Source of the DNA: an uncultured Thermoplasmatales archaeon
GTDB lineage: Archaea; Thermoplasmatota; E2; DHVEG-1
Assembly: GCA_964517155.1 (NCBI GenBank)
Contig: CAZFAZ010000056.1
Location: 1-32,538, forward strand
Direction of reading: 5' to 3'
Length of the DNA stretch: 32,538 nucleotides
The notes under the pieces are model-generated. The model had not been told where the DNA came from. It made no database searches and saw only the letters and a program-made list of their open reading frames with translations. The translations under genes and the position numbers were made by a program. Of the stretch, positions 1 to 9,478 are shown in pieces. Numbering within the stretch: position 1 is the stretch's first letter; each line of letters opens with the position of its first letter.

Positions 1-73
1 GTATCGCAGCACCAAAAAATACTTTCATAATCTACGATAATTACTTGTTATATTAAAAAATTTGTTATATTTA

Positions 74-157
74 CGCGAGGAGGGAGATTCGAACTCCCGT
101 GGTCGTAAGACCAAAGGATTAGCAATCCTTCGCCGTGCCGGGCTGGGCCATCCTCGC
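74..157 (-). tRNA. tRNA-Ser (GCT)
   Basis: Reverse complement folds as a cloverleaf: acceptor GCGAGGA/TCCTCGC, anticodon arm AAGGA-TTGCTAA-TCCTT, long variable arm TGGTC-TTAC-GACCA, T arm GGGAG-TTCGAAT-CTCCC, discriminator G. CCA is not encoded. Confidence 0.97.
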
Positions 158-262
158 AAAAAAGTTGTTTTGAAGGGTGAAATAAAACATTCTGATAAAA
201 AGCTTGTGCCAATTTTAATAGTAAATATTAAAATAATACTTATCCTTATATTTAATCTGAAA

Positions 263-1675
263 ATGGAGGACTGGACAGAGAAATACCGGCCAAAATCTCT
301 TGACGAGATAGTTGGAAATGAAAAAGCAGTGCTCGAGTTTAGACGCTGGGCTAGTGCATGGTCCAAAGGTATTCCTAAAAATAAAGCAGTTATTTTATCA
401 GGAAAGCCTGGAACTGGTAAAACAAGTAGTGCTATCGCTCTTGCAAAAGATTTTAATTGGACTCCAATTGAATTAAATACTTCTGATGCAAGAAATGCTC
501 AGAAAATAAAAACTGTTGCTACATATGGTGCAGTCAACGAAACATTTTCTAGTGATGGCGCATTTATATCTTCTAAGAGGGGTGGGAGAAAACTTATAAT
601 TCTTGATGAAGCAGATAATCTTTACGAGCGTGCTGAAGTATCTGGAAAAGAAACAGGTGATTTTAGTGATCGTGGTGGAAAAAAAGCAATTATCGATACT
701 ATAAAAATCACAAGTCAACCTATGATTTTAATTGTTAATGACTATTATAACCTGATAAAAGGCAGTGGCGAAGTTTTAAAAAATAGTTGTAAACTCATAC
801 GTTTTTATGACCCGTATCCAAACCAGGTGGTTGGTCTTTTAAAAAGAATTTGTCTTTCAGAAGATATAAATGTCGATCAAAAAGTTTTGCAGAGTATTGC
901 CGATAGAGCAAAAGGAGATATTCGTTCAGCTGTTAATGACTTGCAATCTATTTCTATGAATAGAACTCAAATTGATTCAAAAAGTCTTGAAGTATTAGGT
1001 TATCGTGATCGTGAAAAAGATATTTTTGCTTTTATGCGCGAAGTATTTAAAACTAAAAATTTAAGTTCTATGAAAGAAAGCGTTCTTCATTTAGATGCTG
1101 ATCCAAATCTTTTGATACTGTGGCTTAATGAAAATCTTCCAAAGGAATACATTGATAGAAACGATCTTGTAAATGGTTTTGAAGCTTTATCAAAAGCAGA
1201 TATATTTCTTGGTAGAACTTTTGCCTGTCAAGAGTACTGTCTTTGGTCTTATGCATGCGACATTATGAATGGTGGTGTTGCAGTTGCAAAAACGCATAAT
1301 TATCCTAATAATAAATATGATTTTCCTGTTTGGCTTCGTAGTAAAAAAACAGGTAAAACAAGTTTTGATGTAAAAGATTCAGTTATTAAAAAATTAAGCA
1401 AAGCGACACATCTTTCAAATAAGAAAAACAAAGAAGACGTTTTTTTTTATTTTATTCACATGTTTAAAAATAACACTTCTTTTGCAATTAAGATGAAAGA
1501 AAAGTTAGATTTAAATGAAGATGAAGTAGAATTTTTACTTGGAAAAACACATGCTCATAAAATTAAAGAAATAATGGCTAGTTCTGAGTTAGAAAGATTG
1601 GAAATAACGGAAAAAGAAGAAGAAAACATAAAAGAAAAAGTTGATAATAATCAACAGAGTTTATTTGATTTTTAA
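263..1675 (+). CDS. rfcL: Replication factor C large subunit
   Basis: DWTEKYRP N-terminal motif, Walker A GKPGTGKT, ELNTSD, Walker B LIILDEAD, C-terminal PIP box QQSLFDF. Start moved to ATG 263 because the ORF-track start overlaps the tRNA. Confidence 0.96.
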   Translation: MEDWTEKYRPKSLDEIVGNEKAVLEFRRWASAWSKGIPKNKAVILSGKPGTGKTSSAIALAKDFNWTPIELNTSDARNAQKIKTVATYGAVNETFSSDGAFISSKRGGRKLIILDEADNLYERAEVSGKETGDFSDRGGKKAIIDTIKITSQPMILIVNDYYNLIKGSGEVLKNSCKLIRFYDPYPNQVVGLLKRICLSEDINVDQKVLQSIADRAKGDIRSAVNDLQSISMNRTQIDSKSLEVLGYRDREKDIFAFMREVFKTKNLSSMKESVLHLDADPNLLILWLNENLPKEYIDRNDLVNGFEALSKADIFLGRTFACQEYCLWSYACDIMNGGVAVAKTHNYPNNKYDFPVWLRSKKTGKTSFDVKDSVIKKLSKATHLSNKKNKEDVFFYFIHMFKNNTSFAIKMKEKLDLNEDEVEFLLGKTHAHKIKEIMASSELERLEITEKEEENIKEKVDNNQQSLFDF

Positions 1676-1693
1676 AATCAAAAAGTAAGAGAT

Positions 1694-2476
1694 TTATTTT
1701 TTAAAATCTTCTAACTGTTTCATTGTTTCTACGGCATCTTGTTTAAACTCGCCTTTAAGTTTATGATAAGTATCATCTGATATCTTTTTTCCTCTGTGTT
1801 TTTTTTCAATTTCTTTTAGCATTTCCATTAAAAGTGTTTTTTTAGTCGAAAGTAGTTCTTCTGATGCACTTCTTTGTTCTTTTTTCTTTGATGTTTTTTG
1901 TAAACTGCCGGTTTTTTTGCTTATTATTAACAAAAATATTATTGCAATAACAAGTAGAATTATGATATAATTATAAATTGAAGTATCTGCAGGTTCTATT
2001 ATTGTTTGCCCTTCTGTTTCTTTTTGTAAAACAACGTTTATTGTACTTCCAGATTTTAGATTTGTGCTAGAATATATCTCTTTTCCATCAAAAGTAATTT
2101 TTAATAAAGAAAGATTATAAATTATCGTTTTTTCAAATTTAGTTGTGTCTTTGTCTAGTTTATATGTTATTATGATATCTAAGTTATCTTCATCTGTTGT
2201 ATAAAGTGATAAATTAGTTAAATATCTGTTATTTCCAATTGATTCATGTTCTAAAGATTCACCTGATATTTTGACACTGATATCTGTTGCATCATTTTGA
2301 ACCCAAAATTCTAAAGAATCACCAGATGCTGTTTCAAATAATATGTTTTCAGTAACAGAAATTGAAGTATCATCTGAGGTTATAGTTGCACTTATTTCTT
2401 GGCTTTGTGCTATTAATACACAGCCGGATGTGATCATCACAATGGCGATTATTAGTGTAATTATTCTTTTTATCAT
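1694..2476 (-). CDS. Hypothetical single-pass membrane protein
   Basis: 260-aa ORF with an N-terminal signal peptide, a TM segment (YIIILLVIAIIFLLII) and a basic helical C-terminus (KKISDDTYHKLK). Confidence 0.75.
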   Translation of the reverse strand: MIKRIITLIIAIVMITSGCVLIAQSQEISATITSDDTSISVTENILFETASGDSLEFWVQNDATDISVKISGESLEHESIGNNRYLTNLSLYTTDEDNLDIIITYKLDKDTTKFEKTIIYNLSLLKITFDGKEIYSSTNLKSGSTINVVLQKETEGQTIIEPADTSIYNYIIILLVIAIIFLLIISKKTGSLQKTSKKKEQRSASEELLSTKKTLLMEMLKEIEKKHRGKKISDDTYHKLKGEFKQDAVETMKQLEDFKK

Positions 2477-2582
2477 AAACTCCCCGGCATGGTCATACTT
2501 TTAGTTATTTATGTATTTTTCTAAAATTTAATCAAATAAACGAAACATGTAAAAACTAGGTATCCTTTTACTAGTGTTAACT

Positions 2583-3008
2583 ATGAAAATCAAAAATATC
2601 AATTTAAAGACCATCGAAGCAAGAAGATACACTAATATTGATGAAAGGCCTAAACAGATAAGGATAGATCATAACAGTTCTTTTACTCATATAAGCTATA
2701 TAAAAGATAATCAAGCATCTGTTGATTTTCAATATGCTGCAAGTTATGGTTCAGTAGGCGTTATCAAAATTGAAGGTCAATTGATATATGAAAATATTGA
2801 TGCAAAGGATATATCAAAAGAGTGGAATGATAAAAGAAAGGTACCTGATGAAATAGCAAGTCGTTTGCATACAGCTATAATGCATGCTTGTGTTCCAGAG
2901 GCTGTAGGAATTGCAAAAGACTTAGCATTACCACCACCTATACCACTTCCACAAGTTCGCTTGGGAAATAAACCTACAAAAGCTCAATCTGGCCCAGAAG
3001 TAGCATAA
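2583..3008 (+). CDS. Conserved-looking hypothetical protein, possible SecB-like fold
   Basis: Clean ORF from ATG 2583 (GTG 2574 is an alternative). Beta-strand pattern followed by two helices and a Pro-rich tail LPPPIPLP. The fold is inference only. Confidence 0.7.
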   Translation: MKIKNINLKTIEARRYTNIDERPKQIRIDHNSSFTHISYIKDNQASVDFQYAASYGSVGVIKIEGQLIYENIDAKDISKEWNDKRKVPDEIASRLHTAIMHACVPEAVGIAKDLALPPPIPLPQVRLGNKPTKAQSGPEVA

Positions 3009-3057
3009 TTTTTTCTTTAAAAATAATAATAAATATTATCTGCATTCAGGCTAAAGT

Positions 3058-3732
3058 ATGGAAAAAATTGTAATAGCAATTGGCGGATCAGTGCTTTTTT
3101 CAGATCAAGTAGATAAGGATTTTTTTGAAAAATTAAATAATCTTTTTAAAAACTTATCAAAAAACTATAAAATTTATTTAGTAGTCGGTGGTGGAAAAAA
3201 AGCAAGACAGCTAATAAAAGAAGGAAGAAAACAAGGTCTTTCTGAAGAAAAACTAGATCTTATTGGTATAAATGTAACCCGTGAAAACGCAAAAGTTTTA
3301 TCAGGTATACTTGAAAATGCAAACAAGGTTATACCTGAATCAACAGATGAAGCAAAAAAAATGCTTGATAAAATAATTATTATGGGTGGTACAACACCGG
3401 GTCATAGCACAGACATGGCGGCAGCCGAGCTTGCTGAGAAGATTCATGCTTCAAAGTTTATTGTTGCAACTAATGTCGACGGTGTTTATGATAAAGATCC
3501 AAACAAGTATTTTGATGCAAAAAAATATGATGAAATTTCAATTGATGAAATGGTAAAAGAACATGGTACTAGTTGGGAGAGTGCTGGTAAAAACATGGTG
3601 ATTGATGGGCCTGCACTAGGAATTATACAAAAAGCAAAAATTCCGACATTTGTTTTAAATGGTAAAAACCTAGATGAACTTGAAAAAGCAATTACTAATC
3701 AGAAATTTAATGGTACAAAAATAAAAAATTAA
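3058..3732 (+). CDS. pyrH: UMP kinase
   Basis: IGGSV, VVGGG, GGTTPGHSTD and ATNVDGVYDKDP motifs of archaeal UMP kinase. Confidence 0.95.
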   Translation: MEKIVIAIGGSVLFSDQVDKDFFEKLNNLFKNLSKNYKIYLVVGGGKKARQLIKEGRKQGLSEEKLDLIGINVTRENAKVLSGILENANKVIPESTDEAKKMLDKIIIMGGTTPGHSTDMAAAELAEKIHASKFIVATNVDGVYDKDPNKYFDAKKYDEISIDEMVKEHGTSWESAGKNMVIDGPALGIIQKAKIPTFVLNGKNLDELEKAITNQKFNGTKIKN

Positions 3733-3759
3733 AAAAAAGAAAGAGAATTGATTTTTTTT

Positions 3760-4875
3760 TTAGCGAACAAAATCAATATCTACTTTTGCTTTTGCAACCA
3801 TAGGTTTCATTGGTTGTCTTTCAAGCATTGGTGTGCTTTTTGGACCAAGTATATTTGGTGATTGTACACCAGTCATAATTGCCATTACACGGCATTTGCC
3901 TTCAAACTCGGGTAGTACACGTGCACCAAGTATGACATTTGAGTAGCAGTCTAAATCTTCAGTTAATGATTTTGCTACATCTTGTACATATCTTAGGCTC
4001 ATGTTTGGTCCACCGGTAATATGAACTAATGCTCCAGTTGCACCTTTATAATCAACATTTAACAATGGATGATTAAGTGCTTCTTTTACAATTGTTTCTA
4101 CACCTGAATCTTCTTCTGCTTCACCCCAAAGCATAATAGAAAGTCCGCCTTGATCCATAATTGATTTCATATCTGCGTAGTCAAGATTTATTAATGACGG
4201 TACGGTAATTGTTTCAGATATTCCTTTTACTGTTTCAGAAATCATTTGATCCATAACTGAGAATGCTTGGTTTATTGGCAGATTTGGTACAAACTCTAAT
4301 AGCCTATTGTTGTCTAATACAACGGTACTATCTGCTTTTGTTCTAAGTTTGTCAAGTCCTTCATCTGCTTTTATAAGACGAGCACGCTCAACATTAAAGG
4401 GAGTGGAGACCATACAAGTTACAACTGCATTGTGTTTTTTTGCAATTTCTGCTACAACTGGTGCAGAACCGGTTCCAGTTCCACCACCCATGCCTGCAGT
4501 AATAAACACTAAATCTGAATCTTTTACAAGCTCTTCAATTTCATGTATGCTTTCACGAGCTGCTCTTTCTCCAACATCGGGAAAACCGCCTGCTCCGAGT
4601 CCACGTGTTAAACGACCACCAATTAAAATCTTGTGATCTGCTTCAACAAGATTCAGAGCCATTTTATCTGTGTTTATAGCTATTGTTTTTGCTCCTGTCA
4701 CTCCAAGTTTGTTTAACCTGGTTATCGTGTTTCCGCCGGCGCCACCGCATCCAACTATTGTGATTCTTGGTGTGCCAAACATTTCAGCGTCATCAAAATT
4801 TAATTTTGTTTCTTCTTCTTTTTTATTATTAATTGCGCTGGCTATAAAAGCCTCCATATTATTTTTTTCTCCCAT
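3760..4875 (-). CDS. ftsZ: Cell division protein FtsZ (FtsZ2-type context)
   Basis: [13 protein letters not shown], tubulin signature GMGGGTGTG and T7 loop INLDYAD. SD AGGAGG at 4891-4886. Lies downstream of an RHH gene, as in the cdrS-ftsZ2 arrangement. Confidence 0.97.
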   Translation of the reverse strand: MGEKNNMEAFIASAINNKKEEETKLNFDDAEMFGTPRITIVGCGGAGGNTITRLNKLGVTGAKTIAINTDKMALNLVEADHKILIGGRLTRGLGAGGFPDVGERAARESIHEIEELVKDSDLVFITAGMGGGTGTGSAPVVAEIAKKHNAVVTCMVSTPFNVERARLIKADEGLDKLRTKADSTVVLDNNRLLEFVPNLPINQAFSVMDQMISETVKGISETITVPSLINLDYADMKSIMDQGGLSIMLWGEAEEDSGVETIVKEALNHPLLNVDYKGATGALVHITGGPNMSLRYVQDVAKSLTEDLDCYSNVILGARVLPEFEGKCRVMAIMTGVQSPNILGPKSTPMLERQPMKPMVAKAKVDIDFVR

Positions 4876-4899
4876 CTATTACATTCCTCCTAAATTTTT

Positions 4900-4970
4900 T
4901 TGCTGGTAGTTTGAAGGACGCCCATCCCCACAGGCGCCCTTCTGTTAGGGGTGCATCCCATCCCCTCCAA
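4900..4970 (-). promoter_or_regulatory. Structured GC-rich intercistronic leader of ftsZ; putative sRNA target
   Basis: 10-bp hairpin GAAGGGCGCC/GGCGUCCUUC (4942-4913), fully paired only on the minus strand via G-U. Two GGGGAUGGG copies. The flanks match the 20160-20196 element. Confidence 0.75.
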
Positions 4971-4980
4971 TTTTTAACCA

Positions 4981-5208
4981 TTATTTTTTCATGTAAGGTT
5001 CAATGGACTCAACTGCAAGTTCCAATTCTTGGACCTTTTTGATTTTCTCCGCCTTATCAATTAAACTTTGGGCGTAGTTTTTAATAAAATCATTTACTGC
5101 ATGACGAATAACTTCAGAACGAGTAGCAAACTCCCCAGCTCTAACAAAAAGATCGATAGAGTGTATATCGTGCTGGGATAGTCTGATTGTTATCCGTTGC
5201 GTATCCAT
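4981..5208 (-). CDS. cdrS: Ribbon-helix-helix regulator, CdrS-like
   Basis: RITIRL...GEFATRSEVIRHAV CopG/RHH pattern, immediately upstream of ftsZ as in haloarchaeal cdrS-ftsZ2. SD GTGAGGAG. Confidence 0.85.
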   Translation of the reverse strand: MDTQRITIRLSQHDIHSIDLFVRAGEFATRSEVIRHAVNDFIKNYAQSLIDKAEKIKKVQELELAVESIEPYMKK

Positions 5209-5243
5209 TTTTTCTCCTCACATATTTTTTTTGTTGCCATACT

Positions 5244-5358
5244 GACATCATTCGTGTGTCAAACTCACGTACGTTGTGGGTCTAACAAACGACAAAAGAC
5301 ATCATTTGTCTGACAAACGTATAATTGAATGCGACGTTTAGTTTAAATAATTTTCGCT
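5244..5358 (-). promoter_or_regulatory. cdrS-ftsZ promoter (BRE-TATA) with repeated putative operator motifs
   Basis: Minus strand AGCGAAAA-TTATTTAAAC (5358-5341). Palindrome TTTGTC-T-GACAAA at 5305-5317. Direct repeats GTCT(A/G)ACAAACG at 5280 and 5308, and GACATCATT at 5244 and 5298. Confidence 0.6.
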
Positions 5359-5411
5359 ATTTTTGGCAGGTAAATATGCAGGCGTATATGTAGGATTTCT
5401 CCTTAAAAAAA

Positions 5412-6038
5412 TTACACCTGAACAATATGACCAAAAGCAACTGTTCCAGAAATTTTTTCAATTTTTACTTTAACAGATGTCCCTTTAATCGCGCCTGCTA
5501 CATAAATAATATATTTATCATGATAAGCGATGCCATCTCCTTTTTTACCAATGTCTTTAATGGTAAGTTCAAGTGTTGCACCTTCTTTAAGACTTTCTGA
5601 AGAAGGCGGACTTACAACCTTTTTCTTACGAGATTTAACTGAACGAAAAGCACCGCAAGCATCACAACGTATAAGCAGCTCACGTCCTTTTTTTACAAGA
5701 TGTGTATCAGGACGGCTACATTCAGAGCAAATAACAAACATATCAACATAATCTTTGATTTTATCATGGATGTTTTTAGTCGGAATCTTTCCTTGAAAAA
5801 CTGCTCTAGGGCCAACAAGTTCACCCGCTGTTCCAAGATTGCCTAATAAAAATTTTAAAACGATATCTGGTTCTCGATTTATTATATCTGTTATTTTATC
5901 AAAATTTTTTATAACGGTAGTGTTTCCTTCATAAAAAATATCTGCTTTTGGAAGTTTAAATCTATCCTCGGCTACTTCTTTTTTAGGAGTACTATCAATT
6001 ACTTTTTTAAGTAGGTTTTTGTAATCTAGATTAGTCAT
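5412..6038 (-). CDS. eif2b: Translation initiation factor aIF2 beta subunit with C-terminal TRAM domain
   Basis: EGNTTVIKNF, zinc ribbon CSECSRPDT...CDACGA, TRAM-like IGKKGDGIA tail. Confidence 0.93.
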   Translation of the reverse strand: MTNLDYKNLLKKVIDSTPKKEVAEDRFKLPKADIFYEGNTTVIKNFDKITDIINREPDIVLKFLLGNLGTAGELVGPRAVFQGKIPTKNIHDKIKDYVDMFVICSECSRPDTHLVKKGRELLIRCDACGAFRSVKSRKKKVVSPPSSESLKEGATLELTIKDIGKKGDGIAYHDKYIIYVAGAIKGTSVKVKIEKISGTVAFGHIVQV

Positions 6039-6117
6039 AATATAAAGGGCTAATACAATTCCTATCTAAAAATCTTTGGTTGAAAAAAGTAAAACCCCCT
6101 CTAAAGAATTTACTTTT

Positions 6118-6255
6118 TTAAAATTTTAGGATACTAGGTTTTACACGCATGCCCATTACAAGTTGTCCTTCTTTCATTGCTTGTTCTGCAACATCAGTGT
6201 TTTTAGTGAAAACCTTAGTACCTCCTTTTCTCCATGTCCAGATAAACTCTGACAT
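6118..6255 (-). CDS. Small hypothetical protein (45 aa), not in the ORF track
   Basis: MSEFIWTWRKGGTKVFTKNTDVAEQAMKEGQLVMGMRVKPSILKF*. Preceded by SD-like GGGGGAG and a TATA-like element near 6316-6326. Coding-like composition within an AT-rich gap. Confidence 0.7.
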   Translation of the reverse strand: MSEFIWTWRKGGTKVFTKNTDVAEQAMKEGQLVMGMRVKPSILKF

Positions 6256-6503
6256 TTTCTTTTATCTCCCCCAAACATGACTAACTGTTTGTAGCACTTG
6301 CAAATAAGGCTATTGTTTATATATTTTATTAAAAAAATGGCCTTATTGCTATAGCAATGTTTTTATAGAGTTATTATATGGAGAAAAAAGATTTGAATTA
6401 ATAAAATAATAATAAATCTTGGTAAAACAAAGATTATTAATATATAATTTAGTTACCGGGAAAACAAAACATAAAAAAGCAATAAAATAATGGTGAAAAT
6501 AAT

Positions 6504-6935
6504 ATGGTCGAATTCAAAGTAGTAGTAAATGATACAAAAGGCGGTAAATCATATCAGGTGCCAATTAGTGGTCATCATGCTAATTCTTTAATTGGTAAAA
6601 AAATAGGTGACGAAGTAGATGGTATATTTATTTCTTTACCTGGTTATAAATTACAGATAACTGGTGGTTCCGATAAAGATGGTTTTGCAATGAGAAATGA
6701 TCTGCCAGGCATGGTTCGTAGAAGACTTCTTTTAAGCGATGGTAAAGGATTTCATGAGATAGAAAAGGGTATGCGAAAGAAAAAATCAATGCGTGGTAAT
6801 ACTATAGGGCAAGATATTGTTCAGATAAATATGAAGGTTACAAAACATAGTTCAAAACCTATTGAATCTCTTTTGAAAAATGATGAGAAATCATCAGATG
6901 AGAAGAAAAAAGAGGAAGTTAAAGAGGATAAATAA
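6504..6935 (+). CDS. rps6e: 30S ribosomal protein S6e
   Basis: [36 protein letters not shown] and QINMKV motifs; followed by aIF2 gamma. Confidence 0.96.
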   Translation: MVEFKVVVNDTKGGKSYQVPISGHHANSLIGKKIGDEVDGIFISLPGYKLQITGGSDKDGFAMRNDLPGMVRRRLLLSDGKGFHEIEKGMRKKKSMRGNTIGQDIVQINMKVTKHSSKPIESLLKNDEKSSDEKKKEEVKEDK

Positions 6936-8176
6936 TGAGTCTTCCAAAACAACCTGAAGTAAATATTGGACTGATAGGCCATGTTGATCATGGTAAAACA
7001 ACTCTCACCCAGCGTCTTACAGGTAAATGGACTGATGAGCATTCAGAAGAATTAAAACGTGGTATCAGTATAAAACTTGGTTATGCAGATGCAGCTTTTT
7101 ATAAATGCCCAAAATGTGAAGAGCCGAAATGTTACGGTATAGCCCGTAAATGTCCAAGCTGTGGCAGCCCTACAGAGTTATTGCGCGTTGTATCTTTTGT
7201 TGATGCACCAGGGCATGAAACCCTTATGGCTATAATGCTTTCAGGTGCTGCAATTATGGATGGTGCAGTTCTTGTTATTGCTGCAAATGAGCCTTGTCCT
7301 CAACCTCAGACTCGTGAGCATTTAACTGCTTTAGATATTTCAGGTATTAAAAACATTGTTATTATTCAAAATAAAATAGATCTTGTAACAGAGAATAATG
7401 CTGTTAAAAACTATGAGCAGATTTTAAAATTTGTAAAAGGAACAGTTGCAGAGGATGCACCAATTATTCCAGTTAGTGCTCATCAGGATATAAACATCGA
7501 TGTTTTAATTCAAGCTTTAGAAAAAACTATTCCAACGCCGGTTCATGATAAAGACAAACCACCTTTAATGTATACAGCCCGCAGTTTTGATATAAATAAA
7601 CCAGGTGCTAGACCAAATGATCTTCGTGGCGGTGTGATAGGTGGATCGTTGATACAGGGTGTCTTTAAAAAAGGTGAAGAAATTGAAATCCGTCCCGGTC
7701 GTCATGTAGAAGTGGAAGGTAGGGCAAAAATTGAGCCTATTATTACTACGATTGATTCATTGTTTACAGCTGGCAAATCTGTTTCAGAGGCAACACCGGG
7801 GGGTCTTATTGCAATAGGCACATATCTTGATCCTGCTCGTACTAAATCTGATTCATATGCTGGAAAAGTCATTGGTAGGCCTAATGAATTGCCACCTGTG
7901 ATGGACAGCTTTAGTCTTTCTATTAATCTATTGAAACGTGTTGTTGGAACAGTTGATGAGAAAAATGTTGAACCTATCCGAACAAACGAGCCTTTAATGC
8001 TTACTATTGGTACTGCAACAACTGTTGGGATTGTAAAAGAGTTTCATGGTGAAATTGTTGGAGTTAAGCTTAAACTACCGGTTTGTGCTCAAGAATGTCA
8101 AAGAATAGCAATTAGTAGAAGGATTGATAGTCGATGGCATCTGATAGGTTACGGGGAAATCCAGCCTCAAAAATAG
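6935..8176 (+). CDS. eif2g: Translation initiation factor aIF2 gamma subunit
   Basis: [18 protein letters not shown], Zn ribbon, DAPGHE, QNKID and C-terminal RWHLIGYG. Confidence 0.98.
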   Translation: MSLPKQPEVNIGLIGHVDHGKTTLTQRLTGKWTDEHSEELKRGISIKLGYADAAFYKCPKCEEPKCYGIARKCPSCGSPTELLRVVSFVDAPGHETLMAIMLSGAAIMDGAVLVIAANEPCPQPQTREHLTALDISGIKNIVIIQNKIDLVTENNAVKNYEQILKFVKGTVAEDAPIIPVSAHQDINIDVLIQALEKTIPTPVHDKDKPPLMYTARSFDINKPGARPNDLRGGVIGGSLIQGVFKKGEEIEIRPGRHVEVEGRAKIEPIITTIDSLFTAGKSVSEATPGGLIAIGTYLDPARTKSDSYAGKVIGRPNELPPVMDSFSLSINLLKRVVGTVDEKNVEPIRTNEPLMLTIGTATTVGIVKEFHGEIVGVKLKLPVCAQECQRIAISRRIDSRWHLIGYGEIQPQK

Positions 8177-8553
8177 TTGTTTTTGATAGTAGTGCAATAT
8201 TGATGCTTTTTGAGTATTCTATAAATTTAGAACAGGAGTTAACTAAGATTTTAGGTAGATATGAAATAGTTGTGCCCCTAAGGATTATTGAAGAACTTAA
8301 AGTTTTATCTGAAAAAGGAAAAGGTAAAAAGAAAAAACTTGCAAAACCTGCTCTTAAACTAGTTGAAAATTACAAGATAGTTAAGGATGCATCTGAAACC
8401 GCTGATGATGCGGTGCTTTCTATTGCAAAAAAATTAAATGGTATAGTTTTTTCAAATGATAAAGAACTTAAAATAAGAGCAAAAAAAGAAAAAATTAAAA
8501 CAATTTTTATGAGAAATAAGAATTATTTGATGATTAGTGAGGATTTTGTTTAG
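8134..8553 (+). CDS. PIN-domain ribonuclease (Fcf1/Utp24-like)
   Basis: VVFDSS, IIEEL, ADDAVL and SNDKEL acidic PIN motifs; usual position after aIF2 gamma. Start is uncertain because of the overlap. Confidence 0.85.
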   Translation: MASDRLRGNPASKIVVFDSSAILMLFEYSINLEQELTKILGRYEIVVPLRIIEELKVLSEKGKGKKKKLAKPALKLVENYKIVKDASETADDAVLSIAKKLNGIVFSNDKELKIRAKKEKIKTIFMRNKNYLMISEDFV

Positions 8554-8598
8554 AAAATTTTTATAATGATTGTTTTATACGGCTATTAAAAACCTATT

Positions 8599-8724
8599 GT
8601 CGGGGTGGCTCAGCTTGGTTAGAGCGCCTGACTCATAAGCAAAGCTATAAAGGGTTCGAAAAAAGTATTTGCCTTTTGGCGCTAAGATATCAGGAGGTCG
8701 CGGGCTCAAATCCCGCCCCCGACA
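8599..8724 (+). tRNA. tRNA-Met (CAT), elongator type, with a 51-nt intron at 37/38 (8638-8688)
   Basis: Acceptor GTCGGGG/CCCCGAC, anticodon stem CCTGA/TCAGG with CTCATA|intron|A, T arm GCGGG-CTCAAAT-CCCGC. The intron is self-complementary with BHB-like junctions. Confidence 0.92.
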
Positions 8725-8840
8725 CCTATTTAAATAATTTGTTTTAAAAAATACAAAAAAATGTATAATTTGAAACGATTTTATGTATTTTTTTCAGGCA
8801 GGATTTGAAGAATTAAAACTTTTTTTCCCATCGACATCTT

Positions 8841-9344
8841 TTATTCTATTAATCTTGTCTTGTTTTCTTTTTCCATGAGCCAAAAAGCAATAGGTCGTAC
8901 ATCTTCTGGTTTTGCATTTTTTGAATGAGTCCAAATATCAAGATCTTTTTTGCTTGAATCTATACAGCATTTTTCACAAGCAAAAAACTTGCTATGAATT
9001 ACAAGTCCTGAGAGATTTCTTTCAAAAATCATTCCTTTATGACATATATCACATACGCCAATTGAACCTGTTTCTTCTGATATATCTGTAGATAGATTTC
9101 CGATAGAATTTAAATCCTCATTTGGTGTTTTTTCAACTTCGCTTATTATCTGAAAAACATCTCCTGACGCAATATCATCAATGTTTAACTCTCCGGCAAC
9201 ATGACTAGTATTTTCCTGAATAATTTTTAATGGATCTGGTGTTTCTTGTTTTAAATCATCTGGAAAACTTTGTTTTTTTCTAAGCTCTTGTATATGTGTA
9301 AATACTTCTTTTAGCTCCTCATCCACAGCAATTTTTTTCCTCAT
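8841..9344 (-). CDS. Hypothetical protein with C-terminal putative zinc-binding domain
   Basis: 167-aa ORF with an acidic N-terminal part and CDIC...CEKC pairs. SD GGAG. Confidence 0.7.
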   Translation of the reverse strand: MRKKIAVDEELKEVFTHIQELRKKQSFPDDLKQETPDPLKIIQENTSHVAGELNIDDIASGDVFQIISEVEKTPNEDLNSIGNLSTDISEETGSIGVCDICHKGMIFERNLSGLVIHSKFFACEKCCIDSSKKDLDIWTHSKNAKPEDVRPIAFWLMEKENKTRLIE

Positions 9345-9478
9345 TTATACTTCTCCACGGCTATCCTATCAATTATATGAATAAAATTAAGGATATTTAA
9401 TTCCTGCGTATTATCAGGCTTTGCCCCAAAAGTCCCTTTTGACTCTAAAGTCGATAATTTGATCTTAAAGTAAAAAAA

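Noticed and set aside
62..262. N-terminal extension of the rfcL ORF and the antisense ORF 25..366
   Set aside because: Both run through tRNA-Ser; the RFC homology starts at MEDWTEKYRP (263).
4877..4891. AUG-UAA start-stop just after the ftsZ SD
   Set aside because: The AUG is only 1 nt from GGAGG, too close for initiation; the spacing fits ATG 4875.
5412..5600. TRAM domain fused to aIF2 beta
   Set aside because: Known architecture in several euryarchaeal and Thermoplasmata lineages; not novel.
8134..8176. 43-bp overlap of the PIN gene with aIF2 gamma
   Set aside because: Ordinary operon overlap or start-site uncertainty; no evidence of a frameshift.
8797..8809. GGCAGGATTTGAA resembling an inverted tRNA T arm (possible att site)
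   Set aside because: Short, imperfect and inverted, with no integrase nearby.
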